62,895 nucleotides of DNA. Origin: a virus. Both the position numbers and the translations under genes were made by a program. This document shows, piece after piece, positions 49,624-58,458 of this stretch (within the stretch, counting starts at the first letter, position 1; each line of letters begins with the position of its first letter). The notes under the pieces were generated by a model. It was given only the letters and a program-made list of their open reading frames with translations, did not search any database and was not told the origin of the DNA. The DNA lies in the IMG/VR virus record IMGVR_UViG_3300014656_000029, one strand, 5' to 3'.

Positions 49624-50163
49624 TTATTTACTATATATTTTTTTGGTCCAGTAACCTCTAGGCGGCTTTTCTATTCCATATTTTTTGCATCTTTTCTCCA
49701 CAGCTTTATCTGATACACCTAACTCTTTAGCAATATGTGTTGTGGGATTTTTCCACACAAGTATTTCTAAATCTTCTTTCGTAGGCCATACAGTTTTTTC
49801 CTTATGTTTATAGCTGCATTCTGTAGAACAGTACACCCTTAGATTACTGTGGGGGTAGAAACTTTTGTTACAGCCGGGACACACAATACTCCCAACAAAT
49901 CCTCCCTTATGTAAAGCAGAATGTTCGGAGGCAGTCATTAATTCTAAATTATAAGGATCATTATTTAGTTTATCTGCATCTTTATGGTGGACTTGCTCTC
50001 CATTATTTAAATATCTACAAATTTTATTCTCCATTACCAGTCGATGTATTCTAACACAGCCATTATGTTTTGCATTAGGATGTTCAGGATAGTAACAATA
50101 TAAATATCCTTTATCGTCAATTAACGTGCTTTTTAAATACTTTGCTGTATGGGAGCAAAACAT
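49624..50163 (-). CDS. HNH homing endonuclease (short form)
   Basis: IHRLVMEN...VHHKDADKLNN...H motif plus one C-terminal WPTKEDLEILVWK...KPPRGYW module. Confidence 0.75.
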   Translation of the reverse strand: MFCSHTAKYLKSTLIDDKGYLYCYYPEHPNAKHNGCVRIHRLVMENKICRYLNNGEQVHHKDADKLNNDPYNLELMTASEHSALHKGGFVGSIVCPGCNKSFYPHSNLRVYCSTECSYKHKEKTVWPTKEDLEILVWKNPTTHIAKELGVSDKAVEKRCKKYGIEKPPRGYWTKKIYSK

Positions 50164-50195
50164 ACAATTACCTCATGTAATAAAAAAGATAACAA

Positions 50196-50270
50196 AGAGA
50201 ACCAGATTCGAACTGATAATCGCTAAACTATGGCACCGCTACGCTAAAGTGCCTTCAAAGTAGGGAGCCG
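50196..50270 (-). pseudogene. tRNA 3'-fragment-like remnant (T-arm only)
   Basis: ATCAG-TTCGAAT-CTGGT T-arm with no pairing 5' acceptor strand. Confidence 0.3.
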
Positions 50271-50304
50271 ACTTACCTAATTAGTCGCACCCCAATGTTA
50301 TCTG

Positions 50305-50377
50305 AGCGGGATACGAGGCTCGAACTCGTAACATCAACCTCGGCAAGGTTGCACTCTACCAATTGAGTTAATCCCGC
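50305..50377 (-). tRNA. tRNA-Gly(GCC)
   Basis: Acceptor GCGGGAT/ATCCCGC, anticodon arm CAACC-TTGCCGA-GGTTG, T-arm ACGAG-TTCGAGC-CTCGT. Confidence 0.8.
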
Positions 50378-50394
50378 GAATTTAACGCTTACTC

Positions 50395-50548
50395 CAATAC
50401 CCATGGGGTGGTAATTTAATAGCATATTCTTTACATTGTTTCCACCGTGTACCACCAAACCAAGATCTCTAAGAACATCACTTCTGGTTATATTTTCTTT
50501 AACTGCTTTTTCTAGTATTTCTTTTGTATATTTTTTTGAAGTAACCAT
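50395..50548 (-). pseudogene. truncated HNH-endonuclease N-terminal domain fragment running into tRNA-Gly
   Basis: MVTSKKYTKEILEKAVKENITRSDVLRDLGLVVHGGNNVKNML matches the N-terminus of the 47291..48079 HNH. The reading frame continues straight into the tRNA sequence. Confidence 0.4.
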
Positions 50549-50592
50549 ACTAAAAGTGTATAATACAAAATTACAAAATGTCAAACATATTA

Positions 50593-50667
50593 TGGTGGAC
50601 AGAACGTGACTCGAACACGCACGTAATACCTTGCAAAGGTATCTTTCTCCCATTGAATTACCTGCCC
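50593..50667 (-). tRNA. tRNA-Ala(TGC), second copy, CCA encoded
   Basis: Acceptor GGGCAGG/TCTGTCC with G3:U70, anticodon arm ATACC-TTTGCAA-GGTAT, 3' ACCA. Confidence 0.7.
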
Positions 50668-51001
50668 AAATCAAAAAGTAGAAAGGAAAAGGTTTTTGGC
50701 TGCAAGGACTTCAACCTTGGTACGACCTAAAAGTAACCAAAACTATTTAGAACTACTACTAGGGCCAAACTTGCAACGTTTGTCTACTTAGCATTCCTAA
50801 ACAATAAACGGTTGCTTTCGCTTGTCGTGTCTTTTACATGTTAAACGACAACCTACTAACCCTGACCTACCTGTACTATTAATATTATGCGCTGTAACAG
50901 GTTATAGGTCCTAAAGCAAGCGGTGTAAAAACTTGCTTCTGTTCCAACTACAAATTCATTCTACCTTAATTAAAAAAACAATTCAAGTAAAAAATAACTG
51001 G

Positions 51002-51076
51002 TGGGGTGACATATCGGGATTGAACCGACATCTACTTGGGCCACAACCAAGGGCTCTACATTAAGCTAATGTCACC
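51002..51076 (-). tRNA. tRNA-His(GTG) with encoded G-1, CCA encoded
   Basis: Extra 5' G opposite C73, anticodon arm CTTGG-TTGTGGC-CCAAG, T-loop TTCAATC. Confidence 0.7.
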
Positions 51077-51282
51077 ATAAAACACATCTAGTTCTATTAA
51101 GTTGTCAAAGATCGAACTGTAAAGGATTACTTGATAGTTGGGTTTAATACCATAAATAATGTAACAAAAACAGGGTAGTTTTTGTTACAAATTCGGTCTA
51201 AGGTTTTTAAAATTTCCTTAGTGTTTTCTTCAGATTACTTATGTTTTTTATTTATAGTAGGGGGTCTGAAGAAAACTTAAAC

Positions 51283-51468
51283 TTACTTGCGTAAGCCGTG
51301 CTTTTTCAGACCGAGACCAAAGAAGAAACAATGGGCTTGGTCGGCAAGCCATAGTGCTCCTTCTAAGGCAAAGGCTACTGCTGCAAGCCCGACTACTATG
51401 ATTACAACAGATGCACTATTGGCAGACAAATCAATGCCGCTTCTTGTGCTTTCAGTAATCGTAGTCAT
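51283..51468 (-). CDS. small membrane protein
   Basis: 61 aa with one TM helix (VVIIVVGLAAVAFALEGALWL); GGAG SD. Confidence 0.35.
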   Translation of the reverse strand: MTTITESTRSGIDLSANSASVVIIVVGLAAVAFALEGALWLADQAHCFFFGLGLKKHGLRK

Positions 51469-51712
51469 AATGGACTCCAGTAGTTAAGAGGACAGTCTGT
51501 GAAAAACTCACTAACCGATAAGGAATGTTATAGGCTATAACTTTTACAATTGCAACAGTAAATTTTAAAAAATTCTAAAGAATATAAAAAATCTTTTTAA
51601 TTCTTAGTAGTTATATGTAAAAAAATTTAGGAGGCTACGTACTTTTTGAAAAACTTTTTTCATTGAAAAATCCTTTATTTTATACAGTGCCTGTCATTAA
51701 TTTTGCTTACTA

Positions 51713-52198
51713 CTAATCATCTGAGGTGTTGCTTTCTGCTATTAACTTCAGAGCTTGCTCATAGATTAATTTGTACTTTTTAAGATCTTTACCCTCTTGT
51801 AAATCCAAATTAGAACAACCTTCACCTCCACCTTCTGCTTGACAGAAGCGGTCTAAACAATAATCTTTTCCTTTACATTCAGAATAGTAATCTTCGTCAC
51901 AGCCACAAAAATCTCTATATACGGTATACGGATTTAGTACATCGTAGGCGCAAGAGTCACACAATGTAATATTACAATCCAACCCATCTCCAAATTTACT
52001 ACCATATCCGCCTATAAAGTTGTGTATAAACATTTCTTCAGTTTGGTCAGCAGGTATTACCGAACAACATTTATGGCAAACTTTACCTACTTCTTTGGAT
52101 ACTGTTACTTCTTTAGTCTCAGTTTTAAAAATTCTAGTCATTATCAAAATCCTTTCGTAGAGGATATAACTTTTTTTATGATACCCGTTTCTAAACAA
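51713..52198 (-). CDS. Cys-rich hypothetical protein
   Basis: 161 aa with about 20 Cys. Confidence 0.45.
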   Translation of the reverse strand: MFRNGYHKKSYILYERILIMTRIFKTETKEVTVSKEVGKVCHKCCSVIPADQTEEMFIHNFIGGYGSKFGDGLDCNITLCDSCAYDVLNPYTVYRDFCGCDEDYYSECKGKDYCLDRFCQAEGGGEGCSNLDLQEGKDLKKYKLIYEQALKLIAESNTSDD

Positions 52199-52402
52199 AT
52201 GTCAAAACATATATGACATCAGGGTTTTAATACTATTTAATCTATTGTTTTAATTTGCTTAATTTCTTCTTTAAAAATACTTCACATTTTAATTGTGTTA
52301 ATTTTTGCAATGTGTTATTTACGACTAGTAGATTACTGTTTGCTTCCTGAAATTATTACTTTTATGCACAGTAGAAATGTGCCTTTTGAAGGAGAAATGT
52401 AA

Positions 52403-53491
52403 ATGAACATTGCGCTTGTACACAACCTCTGCCCATCATCCAGATCAAATGATGATGACCAACCTCCCTCGGAACCGGATCCTTGTAAAAATTCTGACCT
52501 TTATGCAGAATGGGATGACCCCCAAACAATTTCAGCAGTAGCGGAAGCCTTAAGCGCAAAGCATACTGTTACTTTAATTGATGCAGATTTAGATGCTTAT
52601 TCTAAATTACGATATTTAAAACCAGATTTAGTTTTCAATATGGCAGAGGGTTTATATGGAGCTGGAAGAGAAGCCCAGATACCTGCAATGCTTGATATGC
52701 TATCTATTCCTTATACAGGAAGTGATCCCGTTACTTTAGGTATCTGTTTAGACAAGCAGAGAACAAAAGAAATATTATCGTGGCATAAAATACCTACGCC
52801 TAAATTTTATGTTGTTTCCGCTATAAAAGATTTACCACAAAGACCACATTATCCACTTATGGTAAAACCTTTGTTTGAAGGATCTTCTAAAGGTATTACA
52901 AATAAGTCTTTAGTTTTTAATAGGGTAGAATTAAAAAGACAGGTAGAATTTGTTTTCTCTAATTACGGAGAGAGTGTTTTAATTGAAGAATTTTTACCGG
53001 GGAGAGAATTTACAGTAGCTCTCTTGGGTAACGGTTCCTCTCTTACAGTGTTACCTATCGTAGAATTAGATTTTAAAGTTTTACCTTTGGGTGCTTTACC
53101 TATTTATTCCTATGAGGCTAAATGGGAATGGGACAAAGAAGAGGACCCTTTGCAAATTTTTAGTTGTCCCGCTGTGTTAAATGATATACTGGAAAAGAAA
53201 ATTGCAGACATGTGTATCCATACATTTAATGTTTTTAAATGTAGAGACTGGTGTAGGATAGATGTTCGCTTGGACGAGCAGGGAACACCAAACATAATAG
53301 AGTTAAATCCTCTTCCCGGAATACTACCTCGCCCCGAACAAAATAGTTGTTTCCCAAAGGCAGCAAGAGCGGCTGGTTTAAACTATACAGATATGATTCT
53401 AAGTGTAGTTAATGCTGCTCAGAGTAGAATGAATTTAAAGCAAGAAAAAATAGAAGCTGCTTGGACTAATAAAGCGGGTCAGGCAATTTAG
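52403..53491 (+). CDS. ddl: ATP-grasp enzyme, D-alanine--D-alanine ligase family
   Basis: AAGGAG SD. Ddl-like N-domain (DLVFNMAEGLYGAGREAQIPAMLDMLSIPYTGSDP), central KHTV/KPLFEGSSKGI segment, C-terminal ATP-grasp region. Confidence 0.75.
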   Translation: MNIALVHNLCPSSRSNDDDQPPSEPDPCKNSDLYAEWDDPQTISAVAEALSAKHTVTLIDADLDAYSKLRYLKPDLVFNMAEGLYGAGREAQIPAMLDMLSIPYTGSDPVTLGICLDKQRTKEILSWHKIPTPKFYVVSAIKDLPQRPHYPLMVKPLFEGSSKGITNKSLVFNRVELKRQVEFVFSNYGESVLIEEFLPGREFTVALLGNGSSLTVLPIVELDFKVLPLGALPIYSYEAKWEWDKEEDPLQIFSCPAVLNDILEKKIADMCIHTFNVFKCRDWCRIDVRLDEQGTPNIIELNPLPGILPRPEQNSCFPKAARAAGLNYTDMILSVVNAAQSRMNLKQEKIEAAWTNKAGQAI

Positions 53492-53825
53492 GGAAATTTA
53501 AGTCTGCATCCTTTGGTTTATTCCTTTTTTCTTCTTCCTCTAGTTTTTTAAAATGCTCAGGAGGTTTTGTTGCTACATCATGTAGTACCTCTTCTACTAT
53601 ACCGCTTTTTTCAATTTCTTCTGCGTAGTCAGGGAGAGGTGTTACATCTGTTGCTAATTCAATTTGATGTATAGTTTTTCTAACTATGTGGGGAGCGGTA
53701 ACAGCTATCATATGCTTGTAATCAGAATAACCACAAAGGGGACATTCTGGCGCTACCAGATCTCCTACATCTATATGTTCCCACCTTCTATAGCACCTGT
53801 TACATTTTAAATCATATATAGGCAT
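53466..53825 (-). CDS. FmdB-family zinc-ribbon protein
   Basis: MPIYDLKCNRC...CPLCG. Confidence 0.5.
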   Translation of the reverse strand: MPIYDLKCNRCYRRWEHIDVGDLVAPECPLCGYSDYKHMIAVTAPHIVRKTIHQIELATDVTPLPDYAEEIEKSGIVEEVLHDVATKPPEHFKKLEEEEKRNKPKDADLNFPKLPDPLY

Positions 53826-54094
53826 TATTTTTTAATAGCTTTTTTGTTAGGTTTCTTGGGAGCCGTAGCTTTACTATACCCATCTGCATACCATCCATTT
53901 CCTTTTAAAGAAAAAGAAGCAGCGGATACTTGTTTCTCTGCATTTTCAGAACCGCACTCTGGACAAATAGGAATTTCATCCTCTGTTAAGATTAGAAATT
54001 CATAACTTGTTTTGCATTCCAGACATATGTATTCAAATATAGGCATTCTATTTTTCCTTGTACTTTTCAATGTACTTTTTAATTGCAGAAACAA
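53825..54094 (-). CDS. FmdB-family zinc-ribbon protein
   Basis: MPIFEYICLEC...CPECG. Confidence 0.5.
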   Translation of the reverse strand: MFLQLKSTLKSTRKNRMPIFEYICLECKTSYEFLILTEDEIPICPECGSENAEKQVSAASFSLKGNGWYADGYSKATAPKKPNKKAIKK

Positions 54095-54569
54095 AAAACT
54101 TTCCAGCTTCTGTTTTTTCTGGGAAAGAAACCTGATTATCTAAGGATGTAATTTTTCCATTATTAACCATAAAAGAGCCGTTTGTTCTAAAAGGACATTT
54201 ACAATACTCTAGGGTTTCATAATCTTTTTCTTCTAGGTATTTATAATCAGGGTCTTTGTTTGCAGCTTTTCTTTCGAGGTAATATTTCATTACACTATAT
54301 TTCAAAACAGCATCACTTAAATAGCAATCTCCCCAACAACCAGCACACCCATCACATGCATTATCTAACCAGTCTTGAATTAAATGATGTTCAGGGCAAA
54401 AGCACTCCTCGTTTTCTAAACAATCAACGTGCATTTTCCACAATGCTGGAATTTTAACTGCTGTACTAAATTTATTCCCACAAAAACAACAGTAAAGCGC
54501 TATTTCCACATCCCTCATTTCACTGTTTTGTTTTGTTTTATCTGAAGAAGTAAGACTTTCGATAACCAT
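54048..54569 (-). CDS. Cys-rich hypothetical protein
   Basis: 173 aa with multiple CxxC pairs. Confidence 0.45.
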   Translation of the reverse strand: MVIESLTSSDKTKQNSEMRDVEIALYCCFCGNKFSTAVKIPALWKMHVDCLENEECFCPEHHLIQDWLDNACDGCAGCWGDCYLSDAVLKYSVMKYYLERKAANKDPDYKYLEEKDYETLEYCKCPFRTNGSFMVNNGKITSLDNQVSFPEKTEAGKFFVSAIKKYIEKYKEK

Positions 54570-54710
54570 GTTAGTTCCTTTTTATGTAATATGGTACTTG
54601 ATGCTCTTTTCTCATGATATCGTTTTTGTAGAAATTTACAATAGCTTTTTTAAATTTTTGTAAAATAGATTTAATCATCTTTTTTTCCTCTTTTGCTACT
54701 TTTTATTTTT

Positions 54711-54974
54711 TTAATTCTGTTCGGAACAATTCTTACGGCAGGTATAGTAACTTTGGTGTTCCATGCGGGGAACGTTGTAGCTTGAGTGTTTTATACAACA
54801 TTTTTTAATATACATTTCGTCCTTACTTTGTTTATTGTTTTCCTCCTCATTAGGTATTTGTACGGTTAACATGAACCATGCTACAATAAGAAGCATGACT
54901 ACAAATGCGGGTACTACTAAAAATAATACTTTGTCTGACCGTAAAAAGGTCTGTATTTTTTTAAGCGTTTTCAT
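54711..54974 (-). CDS. small membrane protein
   Basis: TM helix LFLVVPAFVVMLLIVAWFMLTV. Confidence 0.4.
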   Translation of the reverse strand: MKTLKKIQTFLRSDKVLFLVVPAFVVMLLIVAWFMLTVQIPNEEENNKQSKDEMYIKKCCIKHSSYNVPRMEHQSYYTCRKNCSEQN

Positions 54975-55036
54975 TTAAGATAAATAACACATCTAAAAAG
55001 AAAAAGCTACTACTTTTTTTGTTTTACAGCGAGTAG

Positions 55037-55109
55037 TACCCCCGGATGGGCTCGAACCACCTCACACAGGGTCAAAGCCTGTTGCCCTAACCAGTTAGGC
55101 TACGAGGGT
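55037..55109 (-). tRNA. tRNA-Gln(TTG)
   Basis: Acceptor ACCCTCG/CGGGGGT, anticodon arm ACAGG-CTTTGAC-CCTGT, T-arm GGTGG-TTCGAGC-CCATC. Confidence 0.7.
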
Positions 55110-55116
55110 AAAATTA

Positions 55117-55332
55117 TCAAATACATTGCAGCAACACAAAAAAAATCAAAGAAGACAAAATTAGCGCAATAGGTCCAGCAGCAAGTAAAAATCTATAGGC
55201 TATTCCTTTTTGTAACCTATAGACTTTGGAATCTATGAACACCAGAGTAAAAATAAAAGAAACCAAAACAGCAAAAGATAACAAGACTATAAGCAAGTTT
55301 AAAAGTATAGTATGTATAAAAAAATATAGCAT
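55117..55332 (-). CDS. small hydrophobic membrane protein
   Basis: 71 aa with two TM segments. Confidence 0.35.
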   Translation of the reverse strand: MLYFFIHTILLNLLIVLLSFAVLVSFIFTLVFIDSKVYRLQKGIAYRFLLAAGPIALILSSLIFFVLLQCI

Positions 55333-55418
55333 AACACTAACTTTCGAAAGGAGTACAGAACAAGACTAAAGTATTACTATCATAAATAATAACACTTTTA
55401 TCTTACTTTTAACATTTG

Positions 55419-55489
55419 CGGAGCATACGGGAATTGAACCCGTGGATTTTGATAGACAGTCAAAAATGTTACCACTACATCAATGCTCC
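55419..55489 (-). tRNA. tRNA-Asp(GTC)
   Basis: Acceptor GGAGCAT/ATGCTCC, anticodon arm TTTGA-CTGTCTA-TCAAA, T-arm ACGGG-TTCAATT-CCCGT. Confidence 0.7.
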
Positions 55490-55553
55490 AAGACTGAAGC
55501 CGTACTACAAGAATACGACTTCGGAACTTTTTCTACACATGGTAGATAAGCTG

Positions 55554-55626
55554 TGACGCAGACGAGGATCGAACTCGTACTCTACGGCTTGAAGGGCCGT
55601 TGCATTACCAATTATGCTACTGCGCC
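55554..55626 (-). tRNA. tRNA-Glu(TTC), with C at position 33
   Basis: Acceptor GGCGCAG/CTGCGTC, anticodon arm ACGGC-CCTTCAA-GCCGT, T-arm ACGAG-TTCGATC-CTCGT. Confidence 0.6.
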
Positions 55627-55741
55627 AAAAATGTGCCATGACAACCACAGCACACCCGCCTGATTAAACAGACTTCCCTACGTAGGAGTCACATGTAGCT
55701 TGGCCCGATAGAAAGCTACAATATCTACATAGGGCAAAAAG

Positions 55742-55813
55742 TAGCGGAGAGCAGGATCGAACTGCCGATTACCGGCGTATGAAGCCGGAGCCTTACCGCT
55801 TGGCTACTCCGCA
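55742..55813 (-). tRNA. tRNA-Met(CAT) with 1:72 mismatch (initiator-like)
   Basis: Acceptor TGCGGAG/CTCCGCT with a T1:T72 mismatch; anticodon arm CCGGC-TTCATAC-GCCGG. Confidence 0.6.
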
Positions 55814-55820
55814 ATATATC

Positions 55821-56312
55821 TTATATAGGCTTAACAGTTAAACACTGTCTTAATATGCATTCTCCGTTTATGTCTACCCAAACACGGTCAGATATAAGTT
55901 TTGCCATGTCTGAAACAAAATTATTTATTTCTTCAGGCGATCTTGTTTTCTCTCGCTCAACAGGTTCTAACTTAGCAGAGCACCTTCCCATGTAAGCTGC
56001 AAATTCTATAAGTATTTCGTTATCCGGCCCAATAGCCAGCCAACCTGCATCGTACTGTTCACTTCTGTCTTCCCAGAATTTTGCTGCGGCAACAAGGGAA
56101 ATACTGATACCCAGTTGTTCCTTTATAACATTCTGTATTCTACGAGAATCTTCATAGTAAAAAGAATCACTGGTGTACTCTAGATCATACAGTAGCAACA
56201 TTGTATCTTCATAATTTTTTTGAGTAATGTTTTTCATAATACTATTCCTTAAAGTTGTTAATAACGTCTTGGAGGATTCTGTCATCCTCTTCAGCACAAA
56301 TACCATCAGCAA
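55821..56312 (-). CDS. hypothetical protein
   Basis: 163 aa. Confidence 0.4.
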   Translation of the reverse strand: MLMVFVLKRMTESSKTLLTTLRNSIMKNITQKNYEDTMLLLYDLEYTSDSFYYEDSRRIQNVIKEQLGISISLVAAAKFWEDRSEQYDAGWLAIGPDNEILIEFAAYMGRCSAKLEPVEREKTRSPEEINNFVSDMAKLISDRVWVDINGECILRQCLTVKPI

Positions 56313-56508
56313 TTACTTGAATCTCAGGGTCATCTAATTTAGGATCGCAGTCCATAAGATCTATAGACTGTTTTATTTCATGGTATTTTTTACTGTCAGA
56401 AATCCAAGCATGAATATAGAGATTCCACGATTCACTGATACACAATTCAGGCTTCGATTTTTTCTGTTCTCTTTCATACTCTAAAATACATATTGTGTCA
56501 TACGGCAT
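56242..56508 (-). CDS. hypothetical protein (partly overlaps the downstream gene in another frame)
   Basis: 88 aa. Confidence 0.3.
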   Translation of the reverse strand: MPYDTICILEYEREQKKSKPELCISESWNLYIHAWISDSKKYHEIKQSIDLMDCDPKLDDPEIQVIADGICAEEDDRILQDVINNFKE

Positions 56509-56523
56509 TTTTTATTCCTATTG

Positions 56524-56597
56524 TTGGGTGAGAGAGGATTGAACTCTCGAACCTCCTGTTTATCAGACAGGCGCTCTACCAACTGAGCTACCACCCA
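56524..56597 (-). tRNA. tRNA-Ile(GAT)
   Basis: Acceptor TGGGTGG/TCACCCA, anticodon arm CCTGT-CTGATAA-ACAGG, T-arm GAGAG-TTCAATC-CTCTC. Confidence 0.7.
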
Positions 56598-56604
56598 AAG
56601 ATAG

Positions 56605-56687
56605 AGACTACGGTGGGATTTGAACCCACGAGGTTTTCACCCAACGGTTTTGCAGACCGCATCCTTAAACCACTCGGACACGTAGTC
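56605..56687 (-). tRNA. tRNA with anticodon GCA (Cys) and U73, but Ser/Tyr-like D-arm and 14-nt variable arm
   Basis: Acceptor GACTACG/CGTAGTC, D-arm TCC-GAGTGGTTTAA-GGA, anticodon arm GCGGT-CTGCAAA-ACCGT, T-arm GTGGG-TTCAAAT-CCCAC. Confidence 0.5.
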
Positions 56688-56709
56688 ATGCGTATATGGT
56701 ATTGTGTTG

Positions 56710-57027
56710 TTATTTAATTACATCAGCGATAAGCTTGTGGTATTCCTCTTTGTGTTTCAATCCTGTGCTGTTAGCTACCATTTTTCCTTTATTGAAAATA
56801 AGAACAGTAGGGACAGACATTATTCTGTACTTATTTGCTGTAGTACAGGATTCCTGCACATCTATTGTTACAAATTTAATTTTGTTTGTGTATTTTTCTT
56901 CTACAGAAACTAATAAACTTTTTAACATTTTACATGGTTGGCACCATTTACTGCTAAATATTACAAAAACAGGAACAGATGAATTTTCAATTTCATCAAC
57001 AAAAGTATCTGATTTAACTGTAACCAT
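56710..57027 (-). CDS. trx: thioredoxin
   Basis: WCQPC active site. AAGGAG SD. 105 aa. Confidence 0.85.
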   Translation of the reverse strand: MVTVKSDTFVDEIENSSVPVFVIFSSKWCQPCKMLKSLLVSVEEKYTNKIKFVTIDVQESCTTANKYRIMSVPTVLIFNKGKMVANSTGLKHKEEYHKLIADVIK

Positions 57028-57208
57028 AAACGTCTCCTTGCGTTATAAAATTTCAAGATACTATACTTCAAAACTATTAAATTTTCAATGAACTTTTTTA
57101 CGAGTTTTTAACGGCTTAATAACTAAAAGTTTTTCAGCCTTTTAAAACCCCTTTACCTGCTGTGACGAAGAAAGGGGAAGTTAAGTAATGTCCTGTTCAC
57201 AATCATTT

Positions 57209-57232
57209 TGCATGATTGTGTCAGTGATTTGC
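57209..57232. other. perfect 10-bp inverted repeat (cacaatcatg-tttg-catgattgtg)
   Basis: Read directly from the sequence, in the intergenic region between the thioredoxin gene and 57352..58458. Confidence 0.5.
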
Positions 57233-57351
57233 TGTTGTTCAATAATAATTCTACGCATAATAAAAATCCTAATTAGCTTTTCTTGAAAGCCTGTAAATGT
57301 AGTCAATTACTGGTATAGGGTAAAAGTGAAAACATGTCAACATTTTTTTCA

Positions 57352-58458
57352 CTATTTTACATTTTTCCATTTTTCATTTTTAAATAAATCTTTATTTTCT
57401 TTTGAAAACCCCCGAGTATTATTACTGTTATCAGCATATCCTGCTGGTACTGTTACAATTTTTCCGCCGTACTTTTCGGCTAATTGCTGTGCTCTCTTTT
57501 GAATATCCCAGAAATTTTCTGTTTCGTAATTTAAAAACTTTCGAATATAGGCTATCCCTAAAAGTTCATAAAATTCCTCCTGTGGTCCTCCAGAATAAGC
57601 ACCGTCTTTTAAAAACTTTCCTAAATTTGAAGCTAAGAACGCATAGCTATCGGGTCTGAGGTAAATAACATCATCTGCTATTTTAGCTTTAAATCCTTTT
57701 TTACCTGCAAATTCTTTTTTTATTAGCTTCAGTAAACTTGGGGAATCGTAAGAGTTTATACTTTCAAAGGTATATCTTTGAAAGTGCTTGTCTGATTTTA
57801 AAAGTTTTAAACATTGAGAATATTTGCCTTCTCCTAGTTGTCTATAAAAAGAACTACCTCCACTAAGTTGAACATAGTGCTCTGGAACATATCCTGATAT
57901 GTTAAATTTAATGCTAGGATATTCTTCCTGTAGTTTATAGGGGTCTATATCCGTATTTGGGGGATGCGACATAGGAATCTTTATGTCTATTTGTTTTATG
58001 TAGGAGGAAAGATTTTTAAGATCACCTTCAATAAGCTCTTCGTGTTCTGTAAACCTAGAATTTTCTTCAGGAGTGCCAAAATCAGAAATAGGTCTAATTT
58101 TGTAACTGTTTGAGATTTTGTTACCGTCTAAAACTATACGTACTGCAAGCAAACCAAAACTACCCCCAATACCCATATAATCTCTTGTGGTAGATACTCC
58201 AGAAAATCCCGCTTTTCTTTTTTGTCTTTCTATGCTTCTTGTTCGGTCTTCTGCTACTTTTTTGAGCATATCATTTTCTAGTATATCGGGAAGATGTTTT
58301 AACTGGGTAAAGTGATAAAGAGTTCCTATATTCTTTCCGCTTAATGTGCGTTCTTCTTCTCCCAAGACAGCTTCTAGGGAAGAGATAGCCTCTGTGTATT
58401 TATTTTTTTCTACAAGATATTTTATATTTCTTATAAGTAAACTGGTTTTTCCGGACAT
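57352..58458 (-). CDS. hypothetical protein
   Basis: 368 aa. Confidence 0.45.
   Translation of the reverse strand: MSGKTSLLIRNIKYLVEKNKYTEAISSLEAVLGEEERTLSGKNIGTLYHFTQLKHLPDILENDMLKKVAEDRTRSIERQKRKAGFSGVSTTRDYMGIGGSFGLLAVRIVLDGNKISNSYKIRPISDFGTPEENSRFTEHEELIEGDLKNLSSYIKQIDIKIPMSHPPNTDIDPYKLQEEYPSIKFNISGYVPEHYVQLSGGSSFYRQLGEGKYSQCLKLLKSDKHFQRYTFESINSYDSPSLLKLIKKEFAGKKGFKAKIADDVIYLRPDSYAFLASNLGKFLKDGAYSGGPQEEFYELLGIAYIRKFLNYETENFWDIQKRAQQLAEKYGGKIVTVPAGYADNSNNTRGFSKENKDLFKNEKWKNVK

Noticed and set aside
50273-50674. 133-aa minus-strand ORF as a single gene
   Set aside because: The frame reads through tRNA-Gly(GCC) and the tRNA fragment. Only the central 50 aa are meaningful, as a homolog of the HNH N-terminal domain, and were annotated as a pseudogene fragment.
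50700-50790. Minus-strand tRNA suggested by the T-arm-like CAAGG-TTGAAGT-CCTTG
   Set aside because: No 5' acceptor strand is able to pair with the 3' side, and no D-arm was found. The call was left as an unexplained gap.
54990-55036. Possible terminator hairpin next to tRNA-Gln
   Set aside because: The stem is only about 6 bp with a 19-nt loop, and it overlaps the tRNA 3' end. That is too weak to call.
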